Shown in pieces: positions 17,892 through 26,567 of a stretch of 64,000 nt of DNA. The translations under genes and the position numbers were made by a program. The notes below the pieces were generated by a model, which worked only from the letters and a program-made list of their open reading frames with translations, ran no database searches and was not told the origin of the DNA. The stretch is from IMG/VR virus record IMGVR_UViG_3300046495_000014, positions 21,602 to 85,601 of that record; one strand, given 5' to 3'. The stretch is from a virus (lineage: Duplodnaviria; Caudoviricetes). Within the stretch, counting starts at the first letter, position 1. Every line of letters begins with the position of its first letter.

Positions 17892-20800
17892 CTGGTCAAT
17901 CTCCCGGTAATCGATACCCACACCGACGGTCGTCCTTCGATCTCGACTAGTTCCGCCGGTTCGCCGACGATCGCCACGAACTGTATCGGGGATCCGGTAA
18001 TCGACCAAGGGATCGGAACCGGATTCGTCGTCGTATGGATAACGACCGGGGAACTAACGCTTCGGAATACCGTCGCCGACGTCGCTTGAATAACCCACGA
18101 CAGCGCCGCCGCTACGGGTCCTACCGCTCGCCCCCGACTTACCGGGGCCGCCGTAGCGAACGACGTCGACGAAAGGACGACGGCCGTCGTCGCCCGCTGT
18201 CGACCCGAGGCTACGGGATTGATCGCCGCTCCCGCGCCCGTCGGCGACGTAGTTCGAACGCGTCCGGTCGCCGACGGTAGAATTCCGACGCCAGCCACGG
18301 GAGAAGTCGACGCGCGGAGTAGAACGATCGGAACCGCGGACCACGACAAGAATCCCTGTTCGATCCCCGCCCAGCGACTACGGCTAGCGCTCGTCGGGGA
18401 ACTAGTAGCCCCGCCCGTTTCGACGCCCGTCGCCCGCTGTCGAACCGTAGGGGCGACCGACCACGCTACGGATACGCCGAACCCGCCGACGCTGCGCGCC
18501 TGAACGACAGACACCATAGTCGCGATCGACGTTCCCGCAGTTCCGACCGCCCCGACCGATCGTTGTCGACCCGCTGAACTAACGACTACAGACACGACGG
18601 CGCCCGCGGACGTTATGATCCCGCCCGTCGCTCGCTGAATCTGAACAGGCCACCACGCGAATACCGTCATCGTGGCCGTCGACGAAACCGCGGGAGCCGT
18701 CTTCGCCGAACTTAGTCCGGTCGATACCGCGATGGATTCAGAAGGCATGATGCCAGCGCGGTTAGCCGATCCGATCGTCGGCGTCATCGCGTTCGACTGC
18801 GTACCCGCGGCCCGCTGAGTCGCAGCCCCGACTACAGTCGCTCCGATCGATCCTGTCGTAGCCCCGACGGCCCGAACGGTCGTCGCCGAACCGACGACGC
18901 ACGCCGCGACCGATCCGGCTGTCGTCGTCGGCGAACCTACGGATCTAACTTCCGACGCCGACGACATCGACGCCGTAACCGTTCCGGAGACTTGCCCGAC
19001 TACGGGACCGCGAACGCCCGACCCCACCGCAGTAGTAACCGCGACCGTTTGCGTCCCAACCGCCCGCTGCGTCGCCGCGGGATTCACTACGCAGGATGCG
19101 ACGGCTCCCGCGATCGTCACGGGAGATCCGACCGACAGCGCGCGAACGCTACTCGTCGGCGTCATCGATTCGGACAGCCCCGGCGCCGTAACTGATCGAC
19201 CTACGTTCGATCCGACCGCCGAACACTGAACGAATCCCACAGTCGGTCCTGGCGTTCGCGACTTATTCGCCGGGGCGATCGCCGCTGCAGCCGCGCCGCC
19301 TGCCTGTCCGTTTGCGAGTAGTCGAACGCTGGACGCTAACGCCGTCGATCCTCCGACGACCGATGCCCCGACAGCCCGTTGTGCCGCGGTAGGGCTAGCC
19401 ACGCAGGACGCGACCGATCCGGCAACTACGCCCGGGGTAGGTACGTTGACCAACCTCGCGGTTCCCGCCTGCGCCGCGCCCAATGCGATCGCCATCTGAC
19501 TGACGTATCGCGTCGTCAAGCCCGGGGTAGTCGCGCCCAATACCAGTGTCGGCGTCGCGCCGGTCGCCCGCAGAATACTACTCGGCGTGGGCGTCGCCTG
19601 AACGGTCAACGCTGTTGGGCCCGATATGCCGGACCGACCAACTGGGGATTCTCCAAACGTCAGTCCGCCCGCGAGAGGCCCCAAAAACCTAGATCGCGCA
19701 GCTGATGACTGTGCGCTAGTTCCGCTTAGCCCTGTCGGTCCGACGCTGCGCGAAACCGTAGCCGGATTCACGACGGTCGCCGCTACCGATCCGGAGGCAA
19801 CCGAAATCGCCGATATTACCGACCACCGCAAGACCGGCGTCAGTGTGCAGACCGTCGCCGGATTCGTGTCGTCGACGCCCACAGCGGCGTACGCTGAGCC
19901 AGACGCCAGCGCCACCCACTTTCCGCCGCCCGATTTGATAACGGAATATGTCCCGCTGAACGGCAGCGTGACGTTGCACCAGTTTACACCGTCGACCGTT
20001 TGCGCCGCGACGCTACCGGTTCCGGGCACGACGATAATCTTCGTGGCGCTAGCCGCGATGGCTCTCGCCCCGACGCCGGTTAGCGGCCACGTTTGGTACT
20101 CCCAAGCGGTACCGTTTTGAGACGTCGCATAGCCAGCGTAGTCAGTCTCGGAACACGGAGACACCCAAGTTCCGCCTAGGTTCGCGATTCCGACCCACGT
20201 CTGGTGACCGATCGCTACGCCATCGTCGCCCCAGCCGAGCTCGGCCCACGTCGCGCCGCCGTCGTCTGAAACTTGTTCGAACGGGCCCGTCCCTTCGATT
20301 ACCCACCGCGATCCGACTTCGATCGTATCTTGCCAATGATGACCCTCATTGAGCGGGACCGAATTCCAGTTGATCCCGTCGGTCGTGTTGTAACTATCGG
20401 CGTCCACAAATGCGGCCAAAATAAATTTGCCGCTGGTTGGACCGAACGCGAATGTGTACCAAGTCGCAGCGACTGGCAGCGTGCGCGCCGTCCAGTTGAT
20501 GCCATTTGAACTCGTTAGGTACTGGTCTTGCGCGCCGCCCGTACTGCCGGCAACAATTATCCACAGCGGATTCCCGCCCACCAGACCGTACGCGCACAGG
20601 CACCAGGGCTGCGATGTAATGTTCGTAGAGTTGCAGGACAGCCACGTTTCGCCGCCGTCCGTCGAGTACGCAGGGATCCCGAAAGTTTGAACCGCCACCC
20701 ACATACCAGCGCCGTCGGTCGCCAACGCCTGCCAGTCGCCGCTCGCCGGTAACGCTTTTGACGCGAACGTTACAGCTGGTCCCGAATACGTCTTCGACGT

Positions 20801-21694
20801 GAGTGGACTCGAGATCGACGCCGTTGTGGAGACCGCGGTGCCGTCCCGTCCGTTCCCGCTACTGTCCGCGGTGGACCCTTCATTCAAATCCCAAAACAGC
20901 CACGCCCCGGTCGGGAATACTGTCTTGCTCGACTGCGCGATCAGCGCCGCGTCCGACATGGCCGACGCCATCATTCCGACGTACTGCAACGAGCCGCCCG
21001 TCGACAGCCCCAAGTTGAATTCGGTAAACGTGGCGGTAGTCGTGCTCAGGTTGACCACGCCCCACGTTATAGCCCCGCCAGGAGTCGTGATTACTCCGGC
21101 ACTAACGGTTGAAGCGTTCGTGAATTTGATGATGACGAAGACCCAGCCCGCCGTGTTGTAAGCGTACGGCGCGATCGTATAGTCACCTTCAAATGCCGCG
21201 CGGAGTTTCAGGAACCCGACTTCGGCCTTGATCGAGTATTTCGAGTCTGGTGCGGGGTAGTCGCCGGTGCATAACTCAAGGGTATTGTGTAGGCCTGCGG
21301 CCGAATCCAGCTTGAGCCACGCGAATACGGTCAGACCGGCAGCGGCGTCGGGAAACGTGTCGACGCGATAGATCTGCCCGGTCCCGTACGGAATTTTGGC
21401 GCCGTTCGCGACGATTACAGACGATCGAACGGCTGCGCCAGCGACGCAGTTGCGAACGATAGGGGACGCGGAATGCGTAGCCGTCGCTGCCATTGCCTCA
21501 GGCTTCGCTAGCCTAGGCCGTAGCACTGGCGTCGCGTAGCAACTGACGTCGTTCGGATTCCCGAGGTAGCCGTCCGTCGTCGTGACGATGGAGCTACGCG
21601 CGTTCGGAATCGTAGGAGTAGGCAAGGGCGCGCTTCGCAGCGTGCCCTGTGCCGTACTCATGCTCCCGCCGGGTGGGGTCCGGATTATCGCCAA
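17888..21694 (-). CDS. Large fibre-like protein: LamG-like domain, Asp-box propeller, repetitive shaft
   Basis: 1268 aa; six Asp-box-like motifs (STDGGETW, SSNGINW, TTDGINW, SDDGGATW, SQNGTAW, TVDGVNW); Ala/Ser/Thr/Val repeats. Confidence 0.75.
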   Translation of the reverse strand: MAIIRTPPGGSMSTAQGTLRSAPLPTPTIPNARSSIVTTTDGYLGNPNDVSCYATPVLRPRLAKPEAMAATATHSASPIVRNCVAGAAVRSSVIVANGAKIPYGTGQIYRVDTFPDAAAGLTVFAWLKLDSAAGLHNTLELCTGDYPAPDSKYSIKAEVGFLKLRAAFEGDYTIAPYAYNTAGWVFVIIKFTNASTVSAGVITTPGGAITWGVVNLSTTTATFTEFNLGLSTGGSLQYVGMMASAMSDAALIAQSSKTVFPTGAWLFWDLNEGSTADSSGNGRDGTAVSTTASISSPLTSKTYSGPAVTFASKALPASGDWQALATDGAGMWVAVQTFGIPAYSTDGGETWLSCNSTNITSQPWCLCAYGLVGGNPLWIIVAGSTGGAQDQYLTSSNGINWTARTLPVAATWYTFAFGPTSGKFILAAFVDADSYNTTDGINWNSVPLNEGHHWQDTIEVGSRWVIEGTGPFEQVSDDGGATWAELGWGDDGVAIGHQTWVGIANLGGTWVSPCSETDYAGYATSQNGTAWEYQTWPLTGVGARAIAASATKIIVVPGTGSVAAQTVDGVNWCNVTLPFSGTYSVIKSGGGKWVALASGSAYAAVGVDDTNPATVCTLTPVLRWSVISAISVASGSVAATVVNPATVSRSVGPTGLSGTSAQSSAARSRFLGPLAGGLTFGESPVGRSGISGPTALTVQATPTPSSILRATGATPTLVLGATTPGLTTRYVSQMAIALGAAQAGTARLVNVPTPGVVAGSVASCVASPTAAQRAVGASVVGGSTALASSVRLLANGQAGGAAAAAIAPANKSRTPGPTVGFVQCSAVGSNVGRSVTAPGLSESMTPTSSVRALSVGSPVTIAGAVASCVVNPAATQRAVGTQTVAVTTAVGSGVRGPVVGQVSGTVTASMSSASEVRSVGSPTTTAGSVAACVVGSATTVRAVGATTGSIGATVVGAATQRAAGTQSNAMTPTIGSANRAGIMPSESIAVSTGLSSAKTAPAVSSTATMTVFAWWPVQIQRATGGIITSAGAVVSVVVSSAGRQRSVGAVGTAGTSIATMVSVVQARSVGGFGVSVAWSVAPTVRQRATGVETGGATSSPTSASRSRWAGIEQGFLSWSAVPIVLLRASTSPVAGVGILPSATGRVRTTSPTGAGAAINPVASGRQRATTAVVLSSTSFATAAPVSRGRAVGPVAAALSWVIQATSATVFRSVSSPVVIHTTTNPVPIPWSITGSPIQFVAIVGEPAELVEIEGRPSVWVSITGRLTR

Positions 21695-21697
21695 AAG

Positions 21698-22153
21698 CTA
21701 CTCCTGCCAGTTTACGTAACAGGTCATTGATCCGAGAGTCGCGCCCGACGCCACAGCGTTAGCGATACATAATCCGGACGACACAGCGACGATCAACGGG
21801 TCCGGAAACGTCCAGATAATGCCCGAGCCCGCCGTCACGGGTAGGCCCATACCGCGCAGGAACGGACCGGTAGTCGTGAACGTTGGAGCCGCTGACCACA
21901 CAGTATCAAGAGTAACGGTAGAAGCCCCATCCGCTGGATCTAACGCCGTTCCGGCTATGGACGTCGTTGACGTGCCCAAGCCAGTTGACCTGGCCAGAAC
22001 GAACTGTGGCGCAGTCGTCGGAGCTACCGTGATGAATATGCCCACCTCTGTGATGCGCGCACGTTCTCCCGCCGCAGTCTTCAGCTGCCACATCACGGTG
22101 TTGGCGGTATTGACACCAGCTTTCGCGACACTCACCGACGCGTACGCGCCCAT
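21698..22153 (-). CDS. Small structural protein
   Basis: 151 aa, beta-rich, coupled to neighbours. Confidence 0.65.
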   Translation of the reverse strand: MGAYASVSVAKAGVNTANTVMWQLKTAAGERARITEVGIFITVAPTTAPQFVLARSTGLGTSTTSIAGTALDPADGASTVTLDTVWSAAPTFTTTGPFLRGMGLPVTAGSGIIWTFPDPLIVAVSSGLCIANAVASGATLGSMTCYVNWQE

Positions 22154-23037
22154 TACAGCCTCACTAGGCGGTTAGTCGCGTTGCTGAACGTTTCCGTCAG
22201 TGTGCCCGACGTGAGAGTTGCCGGAAGGCCTGAGCCAGTAACCGGGGCGTCGCCAGTATGGCCCGCCGCGATCGGTCCGGAAATAGCGGAAACCGTCAAC
22301 GACTTTTGCCCAGCGGTAGCACCAGCCGACAACGTAGCGGTCACGCCGTTGCTAAGTACGATCGCCGTACCGTTCGCGATGTCGCCTTCCAGAGTGCGCA
22401 CCCAAATCGTAGTAGCTGACGTAGCGGCGTCTGCCGTGACGTGGACATTTGTTTTGCCATCCTGAAACAGAATCGGGATGTTGCCCGCGGTGCCAGGCGT
22501 AGCGCCTAGAGCCAGGAGGAACGCCGAAACAGTACCGGTCCAGGCGGTCCACGAGGCGGGGTCGTCCGCGTCAATGATGCCGTTCGCGTTGATGACACAG
22601 TTGCTCAACGACTTATCCGCCTGGCCTCCGACCTTGGCGCCGTCGACGTCCGCGAACGTCGCGATCTTCGACAGGTTGATCATGCACGCGGTTCCAGCCC
22701 AAGTGCCGTTGCCCGTCGTATTGAGCGGCGTATCTTCGTCCGCCGACTGCAACGACAGGGTAGAGCCCGAAGGGGCAGTCACTCGGAATGTACCGATAGC
22801 TGCGGTGTTACCGTTCGCCCCGTTCGCCAGGATTACGACCAGATCGCCAGCCGCTGCGCCGTGCGCCGACGCCGTTGTCACTACGATAGGGGTGGCGTTA
22901 GTTGCGGCGGTGACTTGGCTAATAGCAGTGTCGGTGAGCGACCCGTCTAGTTTGAGGGGGGTGACGCACGCGCCTGCTAGCCAGCTGGTGGCACCAACGA
23001 GCGCGGTAAGGCCGATCGGAATCACTTGATTTGACAT
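22153..23037 (-). CDS. Structural protein with AATNATPIVVTTASAHG beta-barrel domain
   Basis: 294 aa, AGGAG SD; motif resembles the E1-FCCH-like domain seen in phage virion proteins. Confidence 0.6.
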   Translation of the reverse strand: MSNQVIPIGLTALVGATSWLAGACVTPLKLDGSLTDTAISQVTAATNATPIVVTTASAHGAAAGDLVVILANGANGNTAAIGTFRVTAPSGSTLSLQSADEDTPLNTTGNGTWAGTACMINLSKIATFADVDGAKVGGQADKSLSNCVINANGIIDADDPASWTAWTGTVSAFLLALGATPGTAGNIPILFQDGKTNVHVTADAATSATTIWVRTLEGDIANGTAIVLSNGVTATLSAGATAGQKSLTVSAISGPIAAGHTGDAPVTGSGLPATLTSGTLTETFSNATNRLVRL

Positions 23038-23115
23038 GTATTTCTCCTAATTCGTAATCTTTTGGGGTCTACGGTCTACGGTCTGCGACCTGATGGGAGG
23101 ATGGCGGGGAGGGGG

Positions 23116-23397
23116 TTAGAGGAGTGCGGCGACGCGCTTGATTGACGGCAGCAATGCGTTGGCTAGCCGCAGATACCCGGCGTTGAGCAGATGCGTCCCG
23201 TCATTGTAAATAGACGCGTCCGTATAGTCAGGAAAGAACTCCGACGCCGCAGCGAACTGATTCGATGTCGGTTCGAGTATCGCCCCTGCCGACTGTAGTT
23301 TCGCGATCGGATCGACCAACGAGTCCACGATCGTTCCAGGCCACAACAACGAACCACCTGCGATCTGAACCGAATTGATTAGGTAGTAGGTGGTCAT
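23116..23397 (-). CDS. Internally deleted remnant: fibre N-terminus fused to SGNH-hydrolase-like C-terminus
   Basis: N-terminus matches 17466 gene; ends DGTHLLNAGYLRLA (DxxH-type motif). Confidence 0.6.
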   Translation of the reverse strand: MTTYYLINSVQIAGGSLLWPGTIVDSLVDPIAKLQSAGAILEPTSNQFAAASEFFPDYTDASIYNDGTHLLNAGYLRLANALLPSIKRVAALL

Positions 23398-23445
23398 CGA
23401 ATAGCCTCGACGTCCACCCTACCAAACCTAGTCCCCCGGCACTAC
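23271..23445 (-). repeat. Duplicated promoter plus N-terminal coding cassette, copy B
   Basis: Direct repeat of 17341-17521; TGG-TAGGGT box at 23416-23421. Confidence 0.9.
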
Positions 23446-23464
23446 CGGCACTACCGGAACGACG

Positions 23465-23495
23465 AACGCCCGGAACCGTAGCGATCCCGGGCGTC
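23465..23495 (-). terminator. Hairpin after scaffold gene
   Basis: ACGCCCGG...CCGGGCGT stem; weak U tract. Confidence 0.5.
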
Positions 23496-23513
23496 GACTT
23501 CAGACCGTATCGG

Positions 23514-24542
23514 TTACCAGGGCTTGCGCCCGGTGGACCGCAAATGCGCGTTGAGTTCCTGCTTAGTCATCGAATTCGGCTGTCCGGGGCGAACCGTCTT
23601 CCCTGCGATCGTTCCCGGTTCCGGCGCCTTCGGGGCAGGCTTCGGGGGACCGCCCTTCGGCACGGCGCTCGTCGACAGGGGCACCCGTCGTACGGGAGGC
23701 TTCGCGATAGCCGCGGGACTGTTCGACGCGTCGACTGCCGGCGGGTTCGTCGCGTCCGTCGGTACGATGCTGAACCGCGGCTTGTCGTTCGCCAGTTTCT
23801 CGAACCAGCGCGTGATCGACCGCGGTGTCTGTCGCTTTAGGTCGGCGGGGTCCAGTCGGTTGACGTACCGCTGGAAGTCGCCCAACGCGTAGTCGAGCAT
23901 CGACGGGTCGATGAACTTACCTGCGATCTGCGTTAGTTCCTGCGTCTGCGCGCTAACGACCTGTCCGGTTTCCATCTCTTGGATGCGCGTCAACAGCGAT
24001 TCGTTTTCGGCCTTCAGCGCTGCCGCGTCGGCGGCCGCCCGTTGCTGTTCCGTCATCGCCTGACGATCCGACTCTTCCTTCTGAGCCTTCAGCGTCTTGT
24101 ATTCGTCAGCCTGCGCCAGCCGCAGTTGCTTGATCTTGGTAATCTCAGTCGGATCGGTCGTTCCGTATTCCGCGCGCAGCAATCGGTTGCGCTCCCGTTC
24201 GACTCGCGCTGATACGGCTTCCCCTGGGATAGTAGCGCCGCCTTTGCCCAGGACGGGCACGGGCGCTGCCGCCGGAGGGACGGGGGGCGGAGTCTCGACC
24301 GCGGTCGGCTGCGTTCCCGCTGCCGCCGGAGGGGATACCGCGGGAGCCGCTGCCGGCGCCTTAGGGGCGACCGCTGCCGTCGGGATGGTTCCCGGGGCGG
24401 GCGCTCTAGGCGTAGCTAGCAACTTCGCCGCGAACGGCCCCAGTTGAGACCGCGCGCCCGCCGGGCTAGGTGCCGCAGCGGGCGCTGGTGGTGGCGGACT
24501 AGCCGCCGGGGGGGTTTCAGCGTTGATCATTTCTGGTGGCAT
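23514..24542 (-). CDS. Capsid scaffolding protein
   Basis: Pro/Ala-rich ends, central coiled coil, in head cluster. Confidence 0.65.
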   Translation of the reverse strand: MPPEMINAETPPAASPPPPAPAAAPSPAGARSQLGPFAAKLLATPRAPAPGTIPTAAVAPKAPAAAPAVSPPAAAGTQPTAVETPPPVPPAAAPVPVLGKGGATIPGEAVSARVERERNRLLRAEYGTTDPTEITKIKQLRLAQADEYKTLKAQKEESDRQAMTEQQRAAADAAALKAENESLLTRIQEMETGQVVSAQTQELTQIAGKFIDPSMLDYALGDFQRYVNRLDPADLKRQTPRSITRWFEKLANDKPRFSIVPTDATNPPAVDASNSPAAIAKPPVRRVPLSTSAVPKGGPPKPAPKAPEPGTIAGKTVRPGQPNSMTKQELNAHLRSTGRKPW

Positions 24543-24591
24543 TGTTCCTCGTTTCCCTACCTACGCCGACGGTCCCCCGGCGGCTAGAGCC

Positions 24592-25284
24592 TTACAACGT
24601 GGTGGCGGTCGCTTCCAGGATCGAGCAAAGATCCTCGGCGGCTAGCACCATGAGCTTCAAACGGACCCGCACGATAGCGTCCGCGGCCGCGAGGGACACG
24701 GAGTTCTTGGCGACGTTGAGCGCCGCTAGCCCGGTCGTGGCGCTTCCGCCCGGTACCAGGATGCGGAGCTTACCGGTGAGCGTACCCTCGATCGACTCGG
24801 CTTCGAGTAGCAGCACGACGCCCTTCGCAGTGTACGACGCCGGGATCGCGACCGCGTTCGATACGACAGGGAACACCGCTTGAACGATGTCGCCGCGGTC
24901 GGGGAGGTAAACCACGTCCAAGTCGGTAATCGCGTCGGCGGCCAGCACAACGATGTCGCCGTTAGGCGCTACCGCGATCTGTCCGGTCGTCGGCGTGGTC
25001 CCGTAGGCCACGGGGGTTAGCTCGCCCGTAACGCCGCCGGCTCGCGACGTAGCGCGGACGATCGTACAAGCAGCGCCGCCGTCGGGTAGCTGAACCGCGT
25101 GCAGGGTGTTCAGGCAGTACCCGACCGTGCCCAGCGCGACTGGATTCAGTCGGCGACGAACCTGCGGGATCTGGCCTTGGAGCAACGAACCGAATGCGAT
25201 CTTCCGCAGTTCGTCCGAAATCGTGTTGGGGTTAGCCGAATCAATGGACGCGCGCTGCGTTCCGTCGGTCTTCGAAATACTCAT
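24592..25284 (-). CDS. Putative head decoration/structural protein
   Basis: 230 aa, beta-rich, GGAGGG SD. Confidence 0.55.
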   Translation of the reverse strand: MSISKTDGTQRASIDSANPNTISDELRKIAFGSLLQGQIPQVRRRLNPVALGTVGYCLNTLHAVQLPDGGAACTIVRATSRAGGVTGELTPVAYGTTPTTGQIAVAPNGDIVVLAADAITDLDVVYLPDRGDIVQAVFPVVSNAVAIPASYTAKGVVLLLEAESIEGTLTGKLRILVPGGSATTGLAALNVAKNSVSLAAADAIVRVRLKLMVLAAEDLCSILEATATTL

Positions 25285-25360
25285 TGGGAAAGCCCTCCTT
25301 CTTCGGTCGTTCCGCCCAGGGCAGGGCGGCCGAGAACCGGATCCGCCGGCACGACGCGAG

Positions 25361-25747
25361 TTAGGATTGGCCCGCGACCAAGTATTCTACGCGGCCGACG
25401 CCTTCGACTTCTAAGAGAGTCAACGGCGCCGCTTCCGCGAATTCTGTCACCAGTAGTCCGTCGACCATTACGACGGCGGTCGTCGATCCCGCTGTCATAC
25501 GAATCGACAACGGCCCGTCCGTGCGCACGTACAGCAAGCGCCCGGCTGTTACCGGACCCGCTGCGCCGACGCCCGGCATCGCGACGTACGCGCTAGCGCT
25601 GTTCACGTTCATCAGTCCCGCGGGACTAGACACGGCGTAGTCGTTATTGGTCGCCACCAGCGGGATCGTCGTTTCCGCGCCCGGAAAGGCTACGGACGAC
25701 CCGGACGGGCCCAGTACGATCACGCCGGATAGCGAGATTTGGCCCAT
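25361..25747 (-). CDS. Hypothetical structural protein
   Basis: 128 aa, TAATG-coupled. Confidence 0.6.
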   Translation of the reverse strand: MGQISLSGVIVLGPSGSSVAFPGAETTIPLVATNNDYAVSSPAGLMNVNSASAYVAMPGVGAAGPVTAGRLLYVRTDGPLSIRMTAGSTTAVVMVDGLLVTEFAEAAPLTLLEVEGVGRVEYLVAGQS

Positions 25748-26052
25748 TACGCGCCTAGCTTGTACGGCTTCGCGCCGTTACCCAAGGAGCCGACGCCGCC
25801 GGGTCTGGTAGCAGGGGGAGCGGCTTGGGGGATAAGTCCGCCCGGGGCCGCGTCCTGCGTGTTGTGGTCCGGCTTCGCCTTCGACTGCGCCCGACTGTTG
25901 TTGATTAGATCGCCCGATAGTTTCGCGGCCGTGCGGGTTCCGCCCGGGTTCGCGCCGAAATCATTGCCTGCCATAGATCCTCCTACGCTGCCGCCTTTGC
26001 CATCGCCGAACGGGCTGGTCTTCCCGTCGCCGGATTGTGATCCCTGTTGCAT
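25747..26052 (-). CDS. Small Gly/Pro-rich, probably disordered protein
   Basis: 101 aa, AGGAGG SD; ends GAKPYKLGA. Confidence 0.65.
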   Translation of the reverse strand: MQQGSQSGDGKTSPFGDGKGGSVGGSMAGNDFGANPGGTRTAAKLSGDLINNSRAQSKAKPDHNTQDAAPGGLIPQAAPPATRPGGVGSLGNGAKPYKLGA

Positions 26053-26073
26053 CGCTGCCTCCTAAGAGTCGGC

Positions 26074-26313
26074 CTAGCCGACCCGGAACGGTTTCTTGCC
26101 CGCGTCGGACGGTGGCCACGGAATCGGTTGAGACTTCGTGGGGGCCGTATTCTGACCGATACCCGGGGCCCATTTCTCAGGGGTTCCGCCCGTAGCCTCG
26201 ACCGTCAACGGATTCGCCGGACCTACCTGCGGCGCGCGTGGTTCCTGGAACCGACCGTTCGCACCCCGAACGATCGGCAACGGTTGATCTAGTCGAAACG
26301 GAGCGTTGGCCAT
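26074..26313 (-). CDS. Small Pro-rich protein
   Basis: 79 aa; TGA-TACCGT box (26320-26325) 6 nt before ATG; ends GKKPFRVG. Confidence 0.65.
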   Translation of the reverse strand: MANAPFRLDQPLPIVRGANGRFQEPRAPQVGPANPLTVEATGGTPEKWAPGIGQNTAPTKSQPIPWPPSDAGKKPFRVG

Positions 26314-26350
26314 GTCCAGACGGTATCAGTCGATCCGACCCGTCGCAACC

Positions 26351-26372
26351 GACGCCGGATCGATCCGGCGTC
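26351..26372. repeat. 22-bp palindrome copy 5
   Basis: Exact; between divergent promoters. Confidence 0.95.
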
Positions 26373-26378
26373 CCGCGT

Positions 26379-26384
26379 CATAGT
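26379..26384 (+). promoter_or_regulatory. CGCGT-CATAGT -10-like box
   Basis: 6 nt before ATG 26391. Confidence 0.6.
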
Positions 26385-26390
26385 AGGGGC

Positions 26391-26567
26391 ATGGCCAAAC
26401 CGAAATCCCAGCCCGTACCCGCCGACGACGGGGGGGCTTCGTCGTTCCTCGACTCCGACGCCGCTGAACTACTCCCGAAGAAGTCCTACATCGTCGCCCC
26501 TGCGGACCAGACCGATCCGAACTGGAAGATGACCGACGAACAGTTGGCGGAATTATTGAAAGACTAG
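26391..26567 (+). CDS. Small acidic protein convergent with MuF gene (start reassigned to MAKPKS)
   Basis: 58 aa; conserved box upstream. Confidence 0.6.
   Translation: MAKPKSQPVPADDGGASSFLDSDAAELLPKKSYIVAPADQTDPNWKMTDEQLAELLKD

Noticed and set aside
23064-23086. Short GGTCTAC heptamer repeat (and a GGCACTACC doublet near 23438)
   Set aside because: Too short and local to support a function; probably slippage.
17341-23445. Shufflon or diversity-generating retroelement
   Set aside because: The repeats are direct, differences are not adenine-specific, and no invertase or reverse transcriptase is present.
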